Source of the DNA: Candidatus Limnocylindria bacterium
GTDB lineage: Bacteria; Chloroflexota; Limnocylindria; P2-11E
DNA length: 64,000 bases
Direction of reading: 5' to 3'
NCBI GenBank assembly: GCA_036001645.1
Contig: DASYUC010000081.1
Span: 21,325-85,324 of the forward strand
Shown here: in pieces, positions 62,630 to 64,000 of the stretch
Layout of the letters: each line of letters begins with the position of its first letter
How positions within the stretch are numbered: position 1 is the first letter of the stretch
The notes under the pieces: model-generated
The model's input: the letters and a program-made list of their open reading frames with translations, nothing else
Told to the model about the DNA's origin: nothing
The model's database searches: none
Program-made: the position numbers and the translations under genes

Positions 62630-63574
62630 ATGCGCGGCGTCGTCTTCATTCTCGCGGCCGTGATAGCTGCGGCAGGAGCCATCGTCGCGTACGAGCAATT
62701 CCGTCCGGTCGGTCAGCGCGCTGGGAGCCAAGGCGCGTCCTCGCCGCAGAGCGGCGACCCGACGCAGGAGCTCGCGAGCCGGCTGCTGACGCCCTCCTAC
62801 TCGTTCGATGGCGCCACCTACGAGGTCCGGCTCTTCCCGACGCAGCTGCCACCGGACCCGAAGATCGATCTGCCGCAGCCAGCCGGCGCGCGTCTGGTTG
62901 GCAGCGCGCTGCGCCTGCGCAACGGAACGGCAGCGAGCCTCGACGCCGTCCTCGACGTTCCCGCCGGAACGAGTGACGTGGTCGGCTTCTACGACCGGGA
63001 GCTCGCGAAGCTGGGCTGGTCGCTCGCGCCGGGTCGCGGACCCTCGAACCAGGGCGGCTTCATTCAGGCGTACCCGGGCACGAGCCGCATGTACTGCAAA
63101 GGCGAGAACCCACCGTGGTACAGCGTGAACATCATCACGCTGCCATCGGCACCGATCGATGTGCGCGCCCACGTCGAGTTCACGAGTCCGAACGTCCAGG
63201 CAGGCAGTACGTTCATGGGGCCATGCTCGGCCCAGCCGCAAGGCGTGCAAGTGGGCGGCGGCCTGAACAAGCTGCCCGCGCTCCACGCTCCGGACGGAGT
63301 GATCCTTCGCGGTGGCATGGGCGGAATGAGCGGCAACGATCGTCAGACATCGGAATCAGGTGCGACGACAAAGCTCAGCGCGAGCGACCTCGAGGCGCAG
63401 TTCGCGCAGCAGCTCGTCGCGGCGGGTTGGACGAAGCTCGCGCGCAGCGCCGACGGGCCCATCGCGTGGAGCACGTGGAAGCTCCCGGGCGACGGCGATT
63501 GGCGCGGCCTGCTGCTCGTCAACGAGACGAGCGGCGATCGCCGTTCGCTGATGGTCCGCGCGGAGCTGAATTAG
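62630..63574 (+). CDS. Membrane-anchored hypothetical protein
   Basis: GGAGG lies 6 nt upstream of the ATG. The N-terminal TM anchor is 'VVFILAAVIAAAGAIVA'. No family was recognised. Confidence 0.5.
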   Translation: MRGVVFILAAVIAAAGAIVAYEQFRPVGQRAGSQGASSPQSGDPTQELASRLLTPSYSFDGATYEVRLFPTQLPPDPKIDLPQPAGARLVGSALRLRNGTAASLDAVLDVPAGTSDVVGFYDRELAKLGWSLAPGRGPSNQGGFIQAYPGTSRMYCKGENPPWYSVNIITLPSAPIDVRAHVEFTSPNVQAGSTFMGPCSAQPQGVQVGGGLNKLPALHAPDGVILRGGMGGMSGNDRQTSESGATTKLSASDLEAQFAQQLVAAGWTKLARSADGPIAWSTWKLPGDGDWRGLLLVNETSGDRRSLMVRAELN

Positions 63575-64000
63575 CGGTCCTTCGGCCGCTCCCCCTGACC
63601 AACGAGCCAGCCCCACCGGTCGAGGGCCTTCTGCCTCGTCGCCGGTGTGGGCAGCTGTGATTTCGGGAAGCGGTCGCGCCACTCCCACGGGCGTGTCGCG
63701 TCGATGATCGCGCGCGACGAGAAGCCCTTCTTGTCGGGGTGGATCCGCGGGTCGAGCGGGCCGCTCCAGGCGCGCGGGATGATGTCGATCGATTCCGCGG
63801 GCTCCGAACGCGTGCACATCGCCCACAGCACCTGCTCGAGGTCCATGACGTCGATGTCGTCGTCGACCACGACGACGTAGCGCCCGAGATACGCCCCCGT
63901 ATGCACGGTCGCGGCCGCGTGTCCGACCTGGCGCGCGTGACCGGCGTAGCGCTGGTCGATCGAGATCGCATTGAAGAGCCGCGAGCCGCCCACCTCGTGG
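63571..64000 (-). CDS. UbiD-family (prenylated-FMN-dependent) decarboxylase, C-terminal fragment; 5' end lies outside the window
   Basis: 'GAYLGRYVVVVDDDIDVMDLEQVLWAMCTRSEP...IDATRPWEW' is the UbiD C-terminal pattern. The frame stays open to the window edge. Confidence 0.8.
   Translation of the reverse strand, partial: HEVGGSRLFNAISIDQRYAGHARQVGHAAATVHTGAYLGRYVVVVDDDIDVMDLEQVLWAMCTRSEPAESIDIIPRAWSGPLDPRIHPDKKGFSSRAIIDATRPWEWRDRFPKSQLPTPATRQKALDRWGWLVGQGERPKDR

Noticed and set aside
1-64000. Search for rRNA, tRNA, CRISPR repeats, transposases, integrases and long direct repeats
   Set aside because: I saw no cloverleaf-like segments in the intergenic gaps, no regularly spaced repeats and no transposase or integrase motifs in any frame. 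Manual scanning cannot exclude small ncRNAs. A tRNAscan, Infernal or CRISPR-finder run would settle this.

Overview
This is a very GC-rich, gene-dense bacterial chromosomal segment. GC content was judged by eye, not computed. Coding calls rest on recognisable family motifs in the supplied translations, G/C-ending codons in the chosen frame, Shine-Dalgarno (GGAGG) spacing, and frequent 1-, 4- and 8-nt start/stop overlaps (ATGA, GTGA, TTGA). I saw no rRNA, tRNA, CRISPR array, transposase or integrase. Long antisense ORFs are common and were treated as high-GC artefacts.

Content in order:
- Tail of a Dpp/Opp-type peptide ABC system (permeases plus family-5 binding protein) and an ABCB-type exporter.
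- A BNR-repeat lipoprotein and a YjjX-like NTPase.
- An Rrf2 regulator followed by a complete suf Fe-S operon in the order sufC-S-U-B-D-Rieske.
- A small atypical-codon insert carrying an HTH/nucleotidyltransferase pair.
- Two small SD-preceded ORFs, a stand-alone Lrp/AsnC ligand domain, and a bifunctional sugar-1-P nucleotidyltransferase/phosphomutase.
- A split glutamine-dependent NAD synthetase (C-N hydrolase plus nadE), an EamA transporter with a start-codon problem, and rsmI.
- A ten-gene co-directional block (21794-31934): peptide ABC importer, M19 dipeptidase, esterase, ATP-grasp, circularly permuted ATP-grasp, bPH membrane protein, GCS2 ligase and DinB.
- A MazEF-like toxin-antitoxin pair and a cupin lipoprotein.
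- An operon encoding an ABC permease covalently fused to an M28 peptidase, plus a paralogous M28 lipoprotein.
- metG-tatD.
- A 43-64 kb region rich in aromatic/aryl-CoA-type enzymes: BoxB-like and PaaA-like di-iron proteins, an LLM oxidoreductase, a four-gene molybdenum hydroxylase set, an aryl-CoA ligase, an S9 peptidase, a TPP enzyme, a bicupin and a UbiD fragment.

The two strongest candidates for undescribed systems are the triple-amidoligase block (26444-31934 with its transporter/dipeptidase context) and the permease::M28 peptidase fusion operon (33712-38443).
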